In this document: positions 53,431 to 64,000 of the stretch, in pieces
Layout of the letters: every line of letters begins with the position of its first letter
Position numbering within the stretch: position 1 is the stretch's first letter
Source of the DNA: an uncultured Mycoplasmatota bacterium
Lineage (GTDB): Bacteria; Bacillota_I; Bacilli_A; RF39; UBA660
Direction: 5' to 3'
Length of the DNA stretch: 64,000 bases
Assembly (NCBI GenBank): GCA_900551455.1
Contig: URVV01000006.1
Coordinates: 2,055-66,054, forward strand
Translations under genes and position numbers: made by a program
Notes under the pieces: model-generated
Seen by the model: only the letters and a program-made list of their open reading frames with translations
Told to the model about the DNA's origin: nothing
Databases searched by the model: none

Positions 53431-54699
53431 TTATTTACCACCTTTATAATTTCTATTTATTAAGCTATTTTCTAATTGATTGTAGGTTTCTAGTACGACT
53501 CCTATAACAATTAGGATTGATGTACCACCTAGTGATACGCTACTTGGTAATCCAGTATCAATAAAACTACTAAAGATAATAGGTAATCCAGCTATAAAAG
53601 CTATTGATAATGCTCCAAGTAAAGTTATTCTTCCAATTACGGTACTGATATAATCTTTTGTTTCTTTTCCTGGTCTTACTCCGGGAATATAACCACCTTG
53701 TTTATTAAGGTTTTTAGCTAATTCTCCGGGATTAATTTGTAAGAATGTGTAAAAGTAACAGAATAAAATTATTATTAAGATATATGCAGTAAAACCGATT
53801 GGTGTTGTATAATTTACATATTTTGTAACGAAGACTGCAAATGGTTTTTCTTTATCCATTAATCCAGCAATGAATGATGGAATTGAGAAAATTACAGATG
53901 CGAAGATTACAGGCATTACGCTAGCACTATTTAACTTAAATGGAATATAGTTTTGTCTTGCTCCATAAGCTGATAGTGTTTGGTTAGCATATTGTATAGG
54001 TATTCTTCTTTCTGATTTTTCTACATACACGATGCCTACGATGATGGCAATATATATTAGAATAAATATAGCAAATTCGACGATTCCTAGGAATAATGAG
54101 GCATTGTCTAATACTAGGGCTTTAAAGGTTTCAATGAACATATTAGGAATGCTAGAAATAATACCAGCCATTATTAGTAATGAAATTCCATTACCAATTC
54201 CTTTTTGAGTCATTTGATCTCCTAGCCATAGTAGAAATGCAGTACCACCAGTTAATATTACTGCTATCTTTAAATATGTAAGAGCGTTGGCATTGGCAAC
54301 ACCAGATCTAAAGGCATAGGCCATAGCAAATCCTTGAAGGAATGCTAAGGCTATTCCTAGATAACGATTAATTTGATTAATCTTTTGTCTTCCAGCAGCG
54401 CCTTCTTCTTTTAACTCACTAAAATATGGAATAATATCCATTTGTAGAATTCCAGTGATTAGTGATGCAGAAATATATGGCATTACGCCTAGTGAAAAAA
54501 TTGAGAATTTTTCTAGAGCACCGCCAGAGATAGCATCATATAATTCCCATAGTCCTAATTTAGATACTGCTCCTTGAGTACCAGGAACGGGAATGGTTTT
54601 ACCTACTATAAATATTAATAAACAGCCCAATGTAAATAATAATCTTTTTCTTATATCTTTGTTTTTATCGTTGAATAGTAACTTAAGTGTTTTAAACAT
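53431..54699 (-). CDS. secY: Preprotein translocase SecY
   Basis: 422 aa, 10 TM, conserved sequence. Confidence 0.9.
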   Translation of the reverse strand: MFKTLKLLFNDKNKDIRKRLLFTLGCLLIFIVGKTIPVPGTQGAVSKLGLWELYDAISGGALEKFSIFSLGVMPYISASLITGILQMDIIPYFSELKEEGAAGRQKINQINRYLGIALAFLQGFAMAYAFRSGVANANALTYLKIAVILTGGTAFLLWLGDQMTQKGIGNGISLLIMAGIISSIPNMFIETFKALVLDNASLFLGIVEFAIFILIYIAIIVGIVYVEKSERRIPIQYANQTLSAYGARQNYIPFKLNSASVMPVIFASVIFSIPSFIAGLMDKEKPFAVFVTKYVNYTTPIGFTAYILIIILFCYFYTFLQINPGELAKNLNKQGGYIPGVRPGKETKDYISTVIGRITLLGALSIAFIAGLPIIFSSFIDTGLPSSVSLGGTSILIVIGVVLETYNQLENSLINRNYKGGK

Positions 54700-54700
54700 A

Positions 54701-55135
54701 TTAAATCACCTCAGTAGTTCCACCAACATTTTCTATTTTTGCTTTTGCACTTGATGAGAATTTGTTAGCCTTAACAGTTAGCTTTTTAGTTAAGTCACCA
54801 TTGCCTAAGATTTTAATCCCATCTAATTCTTTTTTTACTAATCCTGTTTCGATAAGTAATTCTTTTGTTACTTCGGTGCCTTCAGCAAATCTTTCTAGGT
54901 CGCCTACGTTAACAGTAGCATAGTTTATTCTGAAATTGTAATTGTTGAATCCTCTTTTTGACAATCTTCTGTATAATGGTAATTGTCCACCTTCAAATCC
55001 TGGTCTTACGCCGCCACCACTACGAGCGTTTTGTCCTTTGTGTCCTTTACCACTTGTCTTACCGGTACCAGAACCTGGTCCACGACCAATTCTTTTACGG
55101 TTAACTTTTAATGTTTCTAATTCATTTAGTTTCAT
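54701..55135 (-). CDS. rplO: 50S ribosomal protein L15
   Basis: Conserved. Confidence 0.9.
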   Translation of the reverse strand: MKLNELETLKVNRKRIGRGPGSGTGKTSGKGHKGQNARSGGGVRPGFEGGQLPLYRRLSKRGFNNYNFRINYATVNVGDLERFAEGTEVTKELLIETGLVKKELDGIKILGNGDLTKKLTVKANKFSSSAKAKIENVGGTTEVI

Positions 55136-55713
55136 TAGTTTAAAATCTCCTCAACTGTTTTTCCTCTTAATGCTGCAACGTGTGATGGTGATTTTTGCAT
55201 TTTAAGAGCGTTTAGAGTAGCTCTAGCCATATTTACTTTTGTGCTAGATCCTAAACTTTTTGAAAGAACATCTTTTACGCCAGCTAATTCAAGTACATCT
55301 CTTACTGGGCCACCAGCTTTAACTCCAGTACCTTCTTTAGCAGGTTTTAACATTACTCTTACTGCTCCTTCTTTTACAATTATTTCGTGAGCAATTGTAC
55401 GATTATCAATCAATTCAACATTTATTAAGTTTTTAGATGCTTGTTGTGTAGCCTTTTTAACTGCATCTGGCATTTCTTTTGCTTTACCTTGACCTAAGCC
55501 AACTTTGCCTTTTCTGTTACCTACTACTACTGTAGCGGCGAAACGAAATTGACGGCCACCTTTAACTACTTTTGTAACACGATTGATGAAGATAACTTTT
55601 TCTTCTAAATCACTTTTTGGTTTATCAAAAGTTCTTTTAGGTCTTCTTTTGTTATTCTTAACATCATTATTTCTAGTAGCTTTTTCTAGTGGTTTTTTAG
55701 TTTCTTCGTTCAT
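55135..55713 (-). CDS. rpsE: 30S ribosomal protein S5 (with ~30-aa basic N-terminal extension)
   Basis: Conserved core [15 protein letters not shown]; directly abuts rplO, so no rpmD between them. Confidence 0.9.
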   Translation of the reverse strand: MNEETKKPLEKATRNNDVKNNKRRPKRTFDKPKSDLEEKVIFINRVTKVVKGGRQFRFAATVVVGNRKGKVGLGQGKAKEMPDAVKKATQQASKNLINVELIDNRTIAHEIIVKEGAVRVMLKPAKEGTGVKAGGPVRDVLELAGVKDVLSKSLGSSTKVNMARATLNALKMQKSPSHVAALRGKTVEEILN

Positions 55714-55727
55714 AAGTTTCCTCCTTA

Positions 55728-56090
55728 TTAGAATTCTAATCCATTTTCACGTGCGGCATCTGCTAATGCTTTAACACGTCCATGATATAGGTATCCACCT
55801 CTATCAAATACAACTTTTGTAATTTTTGCTTTTTTAGCTCTTTTTGCTACTTCGGCGCCGATTAGTTTAGCTGCTTCAACGTTTCCACCATTTTTAATGT
55901 TTAGTTCTTTTTCTCTAGTAGAAGCGCTTACTAAAGTTAAACCTTTTTCGTCATCGATGATTTGAGCTGTAATGTTTGCGTTTGATCTGAAGACATTAAG
56001 TCTTGGTCTTTCAGCTGTTCCGCTGATTTCTTTTCTAATTCTTTGATGTCTTTCAGTACGCATTTCATTTCTTGAAACTTTCTTTATCAT
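55728..56090 (-). CDS. rplR: 50S ribosomal protein L18
   Basis: Conserved. Confidence 0.9.
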   Translation of the reverse strand: MIKKVSRNEMRTERHQRIRKEISGTAERPRLNVFRSNANITAQIIDDEKGLTLVSASTREKELNIKNGGNVEAAKLIGAEVAKRAKKAKITKVVFDRGGYLYHGRVKALADAARENGLEF

Positions 56091-56108
56091 AAGAATATCA
56101 CTCCTCTA

Positions 56109-56648
56109 TTATTTAGATGCTTTCTTTCCTTCTTTATGACGAACATGTTCACCTTTATAACGGATTCCTTTTCCTTTATAAGGTTCAGGTTGTCTTACTT
56201 TACGGATATTAGCAGCAAATTCACCAACTACTATTTTGTCAGCACCAGTTACTTCAATTTCAGTAGCACTAATTGCATTTACTGATAATCCAGCAGGAAT
56301 TTCAAGTTTTACTGGATGTGAATAGCCAGCTTGAATTGTTAGGGTATTACCACTAACTGCAAATCTGTATCCAACTCCAATTATCTCTAATCCTTTTTTA
56401 TAACCTTCACTAACTCCTACTATCATATTGTGAATGTTAGCATTTGTAGTTCCGTGCATTTGATTTGTAAATTTATCTTCTTTTAATTTTTCTACAGTTA
56501 AATTAGTACCATCAACATTAACTTTTAATGTTTTAATTAAATCTAATTTAAGTTCTCCTTTTGGTCCCTTAACTGTAACTGTATTGTCAACAACTTCAAC
56601 ATTAACATTTGCAGGTATAGTTAAAGTTCTTTTTCCAATTCTACTCAT
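56109..56648 (-). CDS. rplF: 50S ribosomal protein L6
   Basis: Likely start MSRIGKR (track ORF has a 10-codon upstream extension). Confidence 0.9.
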   Translation of the reverse strand: MSRIGKRTLTIPANVNVEVVDNTVTVKGPKGELKLDLIKTLKVNVDGTNLTVEKLKEDKFTNQMHGTTNANIHNMIVGVSEGYKKGLEIIGVGYRFAVSGNTLTIQAGYSHPVKLEIPAGLSVNAISATEIEVTGADKIVVGEFAANIRKVRQPEPYKGKGIRYKGEHVRHKEGKKASK

Positions 56649-56661
56649 AACTATATCCTCC

Positions 56662-57042
56662 TTACCAAATATAAGCAATTACTTCTCCACCAACATTATT
56701 TTTGCGTGCTAATTTATCAGTCATAACGCCTTTTGGTGTAGATATGATGGCAATTCCTAAACCATTTAATACATGAGGTATCTCTTCAGCACCTGCATAT
56801 ACTCTTAATCCTGGCTTTGAAATTCTTTTTAATCCAGTAATTACTCTTTCTTTATTTTGTCCATATTTTAAAGTTAATGTTAATATGTTGTTTTTTACAG
56901 TATAACTCTCAATGAAACCTTCGTTATCTAAAATTTTTGCTATTTCTACCTTCATTTTTGATGTAGGCATTGCAACTTCTTTATTACGCATTTGGTTTGC
57001 ATTACGTATTCTTGTAAGCATATCTGCAATTGGATCTGTCAT
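56662..57042 (-). CDS. rpsH: 30S ribosomal protein S8
   Basis: Conserved. Confidence 0.9.
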   Translation of the reverse strand: MTDPIADMLTRIRNANQMRNKEVAMPTSKMKVEIAKILDNEGFIESYTVKNNILTLTLKYGQNKERVITGLKRISKPGLRVYAGAEEIPHVLNGLGIAIISTPKGVMTDKLARKNNVGGEVIAYIW

Positions 57043-57073
57043 TTAAAAATCCCTCCTTCTTAAATTAATGGTA

Positions 57074-57259
57074 TTACCAACTTGATTTTTTTACGCCTGG
57101 TATTTGTCCTTTATAAGCTAACTCTCTAAAACAAATACGGCAAATACCAAATTTACTCATAACAGCGTGTGGCCTTCCACAAATACTGCAACGAGTGTAT
57201 TCTCTAACTTTAAATTTTGGTTTTCTTTGTGATTTAACAATCATTGATTTTTTTGCCAT
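57074..57259 (-). CDS. rpsN: 30S ribosomal protein S14, zinc-binding type Z
   Basis: 61 aa; C-x2-C...C-x2-C. Confidence 0.9.
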   Translation of the reverse strand: MAKKSMIVKSQRKPKFKVREYTRCSICGRPHAVMSKFGICRICFRELAYKGQIPGVKKSSW

Positions 57260-57271
57260 TGTAAACTCTCC

Positions 57272-57811
57272 TTATTTCCTAAAAGGAACTCCAAGTTCTT
57301 TTAATAAATCGTAAGCTTCTTCATTAGATTTAGCTGTGGTTACGATAACAATATCCATTCCTCTAACTTTTTCTACTTCATCAAAGTTAATTTCTGGGAA
57401 TATTAATTGTTCTTTGATACCAATTGTATAGTTTCCTCTTCCATCAAAGCTTTTTGGTGATAGGCCTCTAAAGTCTCTTACTCTTGGTAATGAGATGGAA
57501 ATTAATTTATCTAAGAAGTTATACATATATTCTCCTCTTAGAGTAACTTTACATCCAATTTTGTGACCTTCTCTTACTTTGAATGAAGCGATTGATTTTT
57601 TTGCTTTAGTCTCTACAGGTTTTAATCCAGTGATTTTTTCAAGATCTGCTACAGCATTCTCTAAGTTTTTAGAGTTAGCAATGGCATCTCCTACACCCAT
57701 ATTAACTACAATTTTTTCAATTTTAGGAACTAACATTATTGTTTTATAATTATGTTTTTCCATCAAACTTGGAACAACTTCGTTTTTATATTTTTCTTCT
57801 AGGCGGTTCAT
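57272..57811 (-). CDS. rplE: 50S ribosomal protein L5
   Basis: Conserved. Confidence 0.9.
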   Translation of the reverse strand: MNRLEEKYKNEVVPSLMEKHNYKTIMLVPKIEKIVVNMGVGDAIANSKNLENAVADLEKITGLKPVETKAKKSIASFKVREGHKIGCKVTLRGEYMYNFLDKLISISLPRVRDFRGLSPKSFDGRGNYTIGIKEQLIFPEINFDEVEKVRGMDIVIVTTAKSNEEAYDLLKELGVPFRK

Positions 57812-57831
57812 ATGTCCACCCTCCTTCCAAA

Positions 57832-58137
57832 CTAGTCAATCTTTTCATTAGATTTTTTTGAAATTCTAATTTTTTTACCATCTTTATCAAAATCCATTTT
57901 GATTTTTGTTGGTTTTTTTGTTTTAGGGTCAATTATCATAACATTAGATCTATGGATTGGTCTTTCTACTTCAACTATTTCACCAGTGCCGTTATTGTTT
58001 TTTGGTTTTAAATGTTTTTTACATACATTAACGCCTTCAACGATAACTTTATCTTCTAATACTTTGGTAATTTTTCCTTCTTTGCCTTTATTGGCGCCTG
58101 AAATTACTATTACTTTGTCACCTGTTTTTAATTTCAT
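57832..58137 (-). CDS. rplX: 50S ribosomal protein L24
   Basis: Conserved. Confidence 0.9.
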   Translation of the reverse strand: MKLKTGDKVIVISGANKGKEGKITKVLEDKVIVEGVNVCKKHLKPKNNNGTGEIVEVERPIHRSNVMIIDPKTKKPTKIKMDFDKDGKKIRISKKSNEKID

Positions 58138-58164
58138 GAACTTATCCTCCTTAAATATTTCGGA

Positions 58165-58533
58165 TTAAAGAACTTCTTTAGCTAAACTTACTATTTTAGT
58201 AAATCCTGCGTCTCTTAATTCACGTGCTACAGGACCTAAAACACGAGTGCCAATTGGACTCTTATCGTCTTTAATGATTACGCAAGCATTATCATCAAAT
58301 TTAATGTAGCTTCCGTCTTCTCTTCTTACTCCGAATTTACTCCTAACAACTACGGCTTTTACAACTTTACCTTTTTTTACATTACCATTAGGAGTTGCTT
58401 TTTTAACTGTAGCAACAACGATATCGCCGATGTTTCCAGTTTTTACTTTACTTCCACCAAGAACTCTGATTACTGATACTTCACGAGCTCCACAGTTATC
58501 TGCCACTTTTAAGCGGCTTTCTTGTTGTACCAT
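58165..58533 (-). CDS. rplN: 50S ribosomal protein L14
   Basis: Conserved. Confidence 0.9.
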   Translation of the reverse strand: MVQQESRLKVADNCGAREVSVIRVLGGSKVKTGNIGDIVVATVKKATPNGNVKKGKVVKAVVVRSKFGVRREDGSYIKFDDNACVIIKDDKSPIGTRVLGPVARELRDAGFTKIVSLAKEVL

Positions 58534-58552
58534 TTTATTTCCTCCTTCCGAA

Positions 58553-58813
58553 CTAAAGAATAATAGCCTTTTCGATAACTTCTACTAAGTCATATCTCTT
58601 AGTTTTAGATAATGGTCTAGTTGCAACTAGACGAACTTTGTCTCCAACTTTTGCAGTGTTATTTTCGTCATGAGCAGCATATTTTTTAGAATATTTAATT
58701 CTTTTTTTGTATATTGGATCTTTTTTGTAAGTTTCTACTTTAACTATAATTGTTTTGTCTGCTTTGTCACTTACAACAACGCCAATTAATTCACGTTTAA
58801 TATTTTCATTCAT
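58553..58813 (-). CDS. rpsQ: 30S ribosomal protein S17
   Basis: Conserved. Confidence 0.9.
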   Translation of the reverse strand: MNENIKRELIGVVVSDKADKTIIVKVETYKKDPIYKKRIKYSKKYAAHDENNTAKVGDKVRLVATRPLSKTKRYDLVEVIEKAIIL

Positions 58814-58825
58814 CTTGACGTCCTC

Positions 58826-59020
58826 CTACCCTTCAATTTCTCTTTCTCTAAGAATAGTTTTTAATCTAGCAACAGTCTTTCTTAATTCTCTGATTCTTGA
58901 AGGATTTTCTAGAGAACCAGTTGCTTGTTTCATTCTTAAATTAAATAATTCTTGTTTTGATTCAGTAATTTTCTTATTGATTTCTTCAGTGGATAATTTT
59001 CTAATATCATTAGCTTTCAT
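58826..59020 (-). CDS. rpmC: 50S ribosomal protein L29
   Basis: Conserved. Confidence 0.85.
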   Translation of the reverse strand: MKANDIRKLSTEEINKKITESKQELFNLRMKQATGSLENPSRIRELRKTVARLKTILREREIEG

Positions 59021-59439
59021 TATTTTTCACCACTTTCTTTTTTTACAAATTTTGTTTTTATTGGTAATTTGTGTGAAGCTAATCTTAATGCTTCTCTGGC
59101 AATATCTTCACTTACATCACCAATTTCAAACATAATTTTTCCCTCTTTAACTACGGCTACCCATACTTCTGGATTTCCTTTACCTTTTCCTTGTCTTGTT
59201 TCAAGAGGCTTTTTAGTTAGTGATAAGTTAGGGAAGATATTAATCCATACCCTACCACCACGTTTCATATATCTTGTCATTGCTACTCTGGCTGCTTCAA
59301 TTTGTTGTGATGTAATCCAAGCTCCTTCGGTAGCCATTAATCCGTATTCTCCAAAATGTAATTCGGTATTACCTTTTGATTTTCCTTCATATTTTAGACG
59401 GAAAGTCTTTCTATGCTTTGTTCTTTTTGGCATTAACAT
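59020..59439 (-). CDS. rplP: 50S ribosomal protein L16
   Basis: [11 protein letters not shown]... Confidence 0.9.
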   Translation of the reverse strand: MLMPKRTKHRKTFRLKYEGKSKGNTELHFGEYGLMATEGAWITSQQIEAARVAMTRYMKRGGRVWINIFPNLSLTKKPLETRQGKGKGNPEVWVAVVKEGKIMFEIGDVSEDIAREALRLASHKLPIKTKFVKKESGEK

Positions 59440-60085
59440 GAGAATTACCTCCCTTATCTTCTAGAATTTCTCCCTTATATATCCATACTTTTACACCGAT
59501 TTTTCCATAAGTTGTATCGGCTTCTGATGTAGCATAATCGATATTTGCTCTTAAAGTGTGTAATGGATTTGTTCCTTCAGAATATCCTTCTCCACGAGCA
59601 ATGTCTGCACCACCTAAACGACCAGATACTAGGGTTTTAATTCCTTTTGCTCCGGCTTTCATTGTATTTCTAATTGCTTTCTTTTGGGCAACTCTGAATG
59701 ATACACGATTTTCAATGCTTCTTGCAATATTATCTGCAACTAGTTGTGCTACTAAATCTGGATTCTTAACTTCAACTACTGAAATTTGAATATTTTCACC
59801 AACTAATTTTGCTACTTCCTTTTTAACGTTTTCTATTTCAGTACCACTTTGTCCGATTATTAATCCTGGGCGAGATGCATTGATAAATACCTCTGTTCTT
59901 TTTGAATTTCTTTCAATTACAATATTAGAAATTCCAGCAGTCTTAAATTTTTTCATTAAATACTTACGAATCTTAACATCGTTATATAAGAACTTAGAGA
60001 AATCTTTATTTTCAGCATACCATTTAGATTCCCAATCTTTGTTGATACCTATTCTAAGTCCGACTGGACTAACTTTTTGTCCCAC
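59411..60085 (-). CDS. rpsC: 30S ribosomal protein S3
   Basis: KH domain; 29-nt overlap with rplP start. Confidence 0.9.
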   Translation of the reverse strand: MGQKVSPVGLRIGINKDWESKWYAENKDFSKFLYNDVKIRKYLMKKFKTAGISNIVIERNSKRTEVFINASRPGLIIGQSGTEIENVKKEVAKLVGENIQISVVEVKNPDLVAQLVADNIARSIENRVSFRVAQKKAIRNTMKAGAKGIKTLVSGRLGGADIARGEGYSEGTNPLHTLRANIDYATSEADTTYGKIGVKVWIYKGEILEDKGGNSHVNAKKNKA

Positions 60086-60098
60086 TTCGGTTCCTCCT

Positions 60099-60449
60099 TT
60101 ACTTATTTAATTCACTTACAATTACTGTAATGTGACTTGTTTTGTGATCTTTTCTTCCAACGTGTCCACGTGAATCCATTTTTGCTCTTTTCATAACAAT
60201 TCCTTCATCAACGTAACATGTTTTAACGAATAGATTTTCTTCTTTTAATTTAAAATTGTTTACAGCATTACTTGTAGCTGATTTTAAAACTTTTTCAATA
60301 ACTCTAGCAGCTTTTTGAGGTTGATTTCTAAGAATTGCATAAGCTTCATTTACGCTTTTACCTCTTATTAAATCAATTATCAATCTTGTCTTTCTTGGAG
60401 CTATTCTTATAGTTTTGGCTACTGCTTTTGCTTCAGTTCTTTCCATCAT
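60099..60449 (-). CDS. rplV: 50S ribosomal protein L22
   Basis: Conserved. Confidence 0.9.
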   Translation of the reverse strand: MMERTEAKAVAKTIRIAPRKTRLIIDLIRGKSVNEAYAILRNQPQKAARVIEKVLKSATSNAVNNFKLKEENLFVKTCYVDEGIVMKRAKMDSRGHVGRKDHKTSHITVIVSELNK

Positions 60450-60469
60450 AGTCCTCCTTATATAAGTTA

Positions 60470-60739
60470 CTATTTCTCTTTATTCGCGCCGTGTCCACCA
60501 AATTTACGAGTCAAGGCAAATTCACCAAGTTTATGTCCTACCATATCTTCAGTTACATAAACCGGAATAAATTCTTTGCCATTGTGAACTGCAAAGGTGT
60601 GACCAATAAAATCAGGATAAATAGTTGAACGACGAGACCAAGTTTTAATAACTTCTTTTTTTCCTGTTTCATTAAGTAGTTTTACTTTTTTTAATAGTCT
60701 ATCAAAGACATAAGGCCCTTTTTTTAAACTTCTTGCCAT
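60470..60739 (-). CDS. rpsS: 30S ribosomal protein S19
   Basis: Conserved. Confidence 0.9.
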   Translation of the reverse strand: MARSLKKGPYVFDRLLKKVKLLNETGKKEVIKTWSRRSTIYPDFIGHTFAVHNGKEFIPVYVTEDMVGHKLGEFALTRKFGGHGANKEK

Positions 60740-60758
60740 TTTTAATCATCCTTTCTTA

Positions 60759-61589
60759 TTATTTTTTACGACGTGTCACAATATATTTGTTAGATTCTTT
60801 TTTGTTTTTTCTTGTCTTTAATCCAAGTGCTGGTTTGCCCCATGGAGTCATTGGTCCGCTTCTACCGATTGGTGCACGTCCTTCTCCACCGCCATGTGGG
60901 TGATCGTTAGGGTTCATAACAGAACCACGAACTGTAGGTCTTATTCCTTTATATCTTGTTCTTCCGGCTTTGCCTACTTTTACAAGAGAATAATCTTCAT
61001 TTCCTACTACACCAACAGTTGCACGACATGTTCCTAATATTTTTCTTGTTTCTCCACTTGCTAATCTTATTAAAACGTATTTATCTTCACGTCCTAGAAT
61101 TTGTGCACTTGTTCCGGCACTTTTAGCAAGTTGGCCACCTTTTCCTGGTTTTAATTCAATGTTATGAATTGTTGTACCTACAGGAATTTTTTGGATTGGC
61201 ATTGCGTTTCCAACTTTAATGTCAACGTTATCTCCAGATTCTACAACATCTCCTACGTGTAGGTCTTTTGGTGCTAAAATGTATGCCTTAGTTCCATCTT
61301 TGTAACTAATTAAGGCAATATTAGCACTTCTATTTGGATCGTACTCTATTGTTTGTACGATTGCTGTAATTCCATCTTTTATTCTTTTGAAATCAACTAA
61401 ACGGTATTTTCTCTTAACTCCACCGCCACGATGTCTTACGGTTATTTTACCTTGGTTATTACGACCATCAGTTTTCTTCTTTGTAACTACTAGACTTTTT
61501 TCAGGAGTTGTGCAAGTGATTTCATCACTTTTTAGAACGCTTCTTTGTCTTTGACCGTTAGTCATTGGTTTATATACTCTAATTGCCAT
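60759..61589 (-). CDS. rplB: 50S ribosomal protein L2
   Basis: Conserved. Confidence 0.9.
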   Translation of the reverse strand: MAIRVYKPMTNGQRQRSVLKSDEITCTTPEKSLVVTKKKTDGRNNQGKITVRHRGGGVKRKYRLVDFKRIKDGITAIVQTIEYDPNRSANIALISYKDGTKAYILAPKDLHVGDVVESGDNVDIKVGNAMPIQKIPVGTTIHNIELKPGKGGQLAKSAGTSAQILGREDKYVLIRLASGETRKILGTCRATVGVVGNEDYSLVKVGKAGRTRYKGIRPTVRGSVMNPNDHPHGGGEGRAPIGRSGPMTPWGKPALGLKTRKNKKESNKYIVTRRKK

Positions 61590-61606
61590 TTTGTTTCCTC
61601 CTTTTT

Positions 61607-61885
61607 CTAGTCAAAATTAATTGAATTACCTTCTGCTAATTTTACAATTGCTTTTTTGTATTTGTTAGTCATACCAGTATATTTTCCAACTCTTTTCTTT
61701 TTTGGATGTGAGTTAGATGTATTAATACTTTCTACTTTTACATTGAAGATACTTTCAATTGCTTGTTTAATTTCTGTTTTGTTGGCTTTTGGTGATACTT
61801 TAAAAGCGTATTTATTTTCATTAGCCATTACTGCAGATTTTTCTGTTATTATTGGTGCATAAATGATATCAAATTTCTTATTCAT
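61607..61885 (-). CDS. rplW: 50S ribosomal protein L23
   Basis: Conserved. Confidence 0.85.
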   Translation of the reverse strand: MNKKFDIIYAPIITEKSAVMANENKYAFKVSPKANKTEIKQAIESIFNVKVESINTSNSHPKKKRVGKYTGMTNKYKKAIVKLAEGNSINFD

Positions 61886-62510
61886 TTGCTAGCACCTCCT
61901 CTAATTTCTTTAATGAAGCTTCAGTCATTATCATCTTATCAGAGTTTACAACATCATATACATTAACTTCTTCTGGTAAAACAATTTTTACGTTTCCTAG
62001 GTTTCTTGAAGCTAAGCAAATGTTATCTTCTAATTCATCTACGACGATAAGAACTTTGCTATTTGTTAATTGTAATTTATCTAATAAAGCAACCATTTCT
62101 TTAGTTTTATTAGTTTCAAACTTGATATTTTCTAACATAATTAGTTCGTTATCTAATACTTTATAAGAAAGAGCTGACTTTAATGCTAATCTTCTAACTT
62201 TTCTGTTTTGCTTTTTAGAGTAGTCTCTTGGTTTTGGTCCAAAGGCAATTCCACCTTTTCTCCATTGAACTGCTCTGATACTTCCTTGTCTGGCATTACC
62301 AGTTCCTTTTTGTCTCCAAGGTTTTCTTCCGCCACCAGATACTTCGGCTCTAGTTTTTGTAGAATGTGTTCCTTGTCTTGTACTAGCCATGTATAATACT
62401 AGTGCATCTTTTAGTGCTATATCATTTGGGGCTATTCCAAATACGTTATCATTTAATTTAATATCTTTAACCTTTTCACCATTATTGTTTAATAGTTCTA
62501 TTTTAGACAT
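61878..62510 (-). CDS. rplD: 50S ribosomal protein L4
   Basis: Likely start MSKIELLNN. Confidence 0.9.
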   Translation of the reverse strand: MSKIELLNNNGEKVKDIKLNDNVFGIAPNDIALKDALVLYMASTRQGTHSTKTRAEVSGGGRKPWRQKGTGNARQGSIRAVQWRKGGIAFGPKPRDYSKKQNRKVRRLALKSALSYKVLDNELIMLENIKFETNKTKEMVALLDKLQLTNSKVLIVVDELEDNICLASRNLGNVKIVLPEEVNVYDVVNSDKMIMTEASLKKLEEVLANE

Positions 62511-62557
62511 AATATCCTCCTCTTTCATCACAATTATTTAATTTTTTTATTAGCAAA

Positions 62558-63313
62558 TTACTCTGCTACTTTTTCGTCTTGTGATGATTCTTCATTAGTT
62601 TCTTCAACTGTTTCAGTTGTTTCTTCAGTAGGTTGTTCTACAGTTTCATCAATATAAGTAATTAATTCTACTGGAGTGTTAATCTTTTCTGGATTTTTTA
62701 CTGAAGATTTGATTAAAACTAATGATTTTTTAGGTCCTGGGACATTTCCTTTAATTAAGATAACGTTATTATTTAAATCTATTTGTACTATTTCTAGATT
62801 TTGGATTGTTACTTGTTCGCAACCCATATGTCCAGGCATTTTCTTTCCTGGGATAACTCTCATAGGTAACAATGTTCCTAATGACCCAACACCACGATGA
62901 TATTGGCTACCGTGTCCCATTGGTCCACGTGATTGATTCCAACGTTTGATAACTCCTTGGAAACCTTTTCCTTTAGAAGTGCCGGTTACATCAACCATTT
63001 CTCCTTCAGCAAAAATATCTGCTTTTACTTCACTACCAAGTGAATAATTTGCTACATCTACACCTCTAATTTCTCTTAAGAAGCGCTTAGGGGTAGTGTT
63101 TGCTTTCTTTAAATGACCTATTTCTGGTTTATTTGCTAATTTTTCTCTTTTTTCGAAAGCAGCTAATTGAATTGCTTCATAACCATCTTTTTCTTTTGTC
63201 TTAATTTGACTAACGATATTTGGTTCTACTTCGATTACTGTTACAGGAATTAATTTTCCATTTTTAGCAAAGACAGAAGTCATTCCGATCTTGCGACCTA
63301 AGATTCCTTTCAT
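62558..63313 (-). CDS. rplC: 50S ribosomal protein L3 (with ~35-aa acidic C-terminal extension)
   Basis: Conserved core plus tail [29 protein letters not shown]. Confidence 0.9.
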   Translation of the reverse strand: MKGILGRKIGMTSVFAKNGKLIPVTVIEVEPNIVSQIKTKEKDGYEAIQLAAFEKREKLANKPEIGHLKKANTTPKRFLREIRGVDVANYSLGSEVKADIFAEGEMVDVTGTSKGKGFQGVIKRWNQSRGPMGHGSQYHRGVGSLGTLLPMRVIPGKKMPGHMGCEQVTIQNLEIVQIDLNNNVILIKGNVPGPKKSLVLIKSSVKNPEKINTPVELITYIDETVEQPTEETTETVEETNEESSQDEKVAE

Positions 63314-63330
63314 TTTTTTCCTCCTATAAA

Positions 63331-63639
63331 TTATAATTTGATTTGAATATCAACACCGCTTGGTAAATCTAGATGTTGTAGTGCATCTATTGTTTCCTTG
63401 CTTGGATTGTTAATATCAATAAGTCTTTTGTGAGTACGCATCTCGAATTGTTCACGTGAATCTTTGTATTTGTGAACAGCTCTTAAAATCGTGTACTTTT
63501 GAACTTCGGTTGGTAATGGTACTGGTCCACTTACAACTCCTCCAGTTCTTTTAACAGTCTCAACTATTTTAGCTGCAGCCTTGTCTAAAGTCCTGTGTTC
63601 ATAAGCCTTAAGTTTAATTCTCACTTTTGTGTTTGACAT
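63331..63639 (-). CDS. rpsJ: 30S ribosomal protein S10
   Basis: Conserved; first gene of S10 operon. Confidence 0.9.
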   Translation of the reverse strand: MSNTKVRIKLKAYEHRTLDKAAAKIVETVKRTGGVVSGPVPLPTEVQKYTILRAVHKYKDSREQFEMRTHKRLIDINNPSKETIDALQHLDLPSGVDIQIKL

Positions 63640-63772
63640 TATTGTATCCTCCCTTCGCCTATATCTGGTATAGACTTGCTCCGAACAAATTACCTGATAT
63701 TCAGTGTTATTTTGACAACTCCACCGGGTGTATCAGCAACTTTGCCCATCTAAGCCAGTCACACATTTATTA
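63640..63772 (-). other. Structured, GC-enriched 5' leader RNA of S10 operon
   Basis: Locally GC-rich block (ccaccgggtg, gggcaaagttgc, ggagcaagtc) in otherwise AT-rich DNA; several short stem-loops (CUGA-AUA-UCAG; CUAUA-ccaga-UAUAG) foldable by eye. Confidence 0.35.
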
Positions 63773-63801
63773 ATTATACAGGAAAATTATATGAAAATCA
63801 A
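63773..63801 (-). promoter_or_regulatory. Sigma-A promoter of the S10 operon (TTGATT-17-TG-TATAAT, extended -10)
   Basis: -35 at 63796-63801, -10 at 63773-63778 with TG at 63779-80 on minus strand; leaves ~125-nt 5' UTR. Confidence 0.55.
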
Positions 63802-64000
63802 GGCTTTTTTATGTTTTTTTTAACTTTTTTTAGTGTTTTTATTTGATTTTTTAAAAAAAGACTTTTTGGGTAAAAAATCTTTTATCTTTCACTAAGTATT
63901 AATGAATATTTTTTATTTCTTATTATGGGGAGATTTCGTTGATAAATAACGTTCTAATGCAGGTAATTTGTATTCTTAATTGTAGAATTTTGGTTACTCG

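Noticed and set aside
59411-59439. 29-nt overlap between rpsC end and rplP start as possible frameshift or pseudogene
   Set aside because: Both proteins are full length with conserved termini. Short overlaps in this operon are common, and choosing the MPKR start would shorten it.

Overview
This window is very AT-rich (roughly 25-30% GC by eye) and looks like chromosomal DNA from a low-GC Firmicute. A CotE homologue and a SpoVB/MurJ-like flippase suggest an endospore-former. Almost everything is encoded on the minus strand.

The right-hand 14.5 kb (49.5-63.8 kb) is a single co-linear ribosomal S10-spc-alpha operon, all on the minus strand. Reading in the direction of transcription (high to low coordinates) it runs promoter, leader, rpsJ-rplC-rplD-rplW-rplB-rpsS-rplV-rpsC-rplP-rpmC-rpsQ-rplN-rplX-rplE-rpsN(type Z)-rpsH-rplF-rplR-rpsE-rplO-secY-adk-map-infA-rpmJ-rpsM-rpsK-rpoA-rplQ. 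There is no rpmD (L30).

The rest is housekeeping with accessory insertions. Housekeeping genes are ligA, an M29 aminopeptidase, one tRNA-Met(CAT), murC, CBS-pyrophosphatase, ackA, nrnA, recG, a fragmented dcw cluster (mraZ-rsmH-ftsL-pbp2B, with murD elsewhere and fused to a PLP enzyme and an SDR), def, mgtC, an orphan GspE/ComGA-like ATPase, and dnaD-nth-fdx. Accessory-looking parts are lipoproteins, a cluster of coiled-coil membrane proteins, and Tyr-rich mini-proteins.

The most interesting region is 35.2-38.0 kb, a compact and tightly coupled class-II bacteriocin export operon on the minus strand. It has a C39-peptidase ABC transporter (GTG start), a small bitopic membrane protein, and two tandem double-glycine-leader precursor peptides of 45 and 54 aa. 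Both peptides are below the 60-aa cutoff of the ORF track. Both have an AAGGAG-type RBS and a strong terminator follows. Their mature parts are GxxxG/GxxxS-rich with one Cys each, so this is a candidate two-peptide (class IIb-like) bacteriocin. No dedicated immunity gene or regulatory HK/RR is obvious.

Other points of interest: a Cys-rich surface protein built from 31-aa repeats with a perfect 93-bp DNA tandem repeat; a Gly/Tyr-rich and a Pro/Tyr-rich mini-protein that may be spore-coat material; a degenerate-GGDEF (DGNEF) sensor protein; and a GC-enriched, structured 5' leader upstream of rpsJ.

No CRISPR arrays, transposases, integrases or phage genes were seen.
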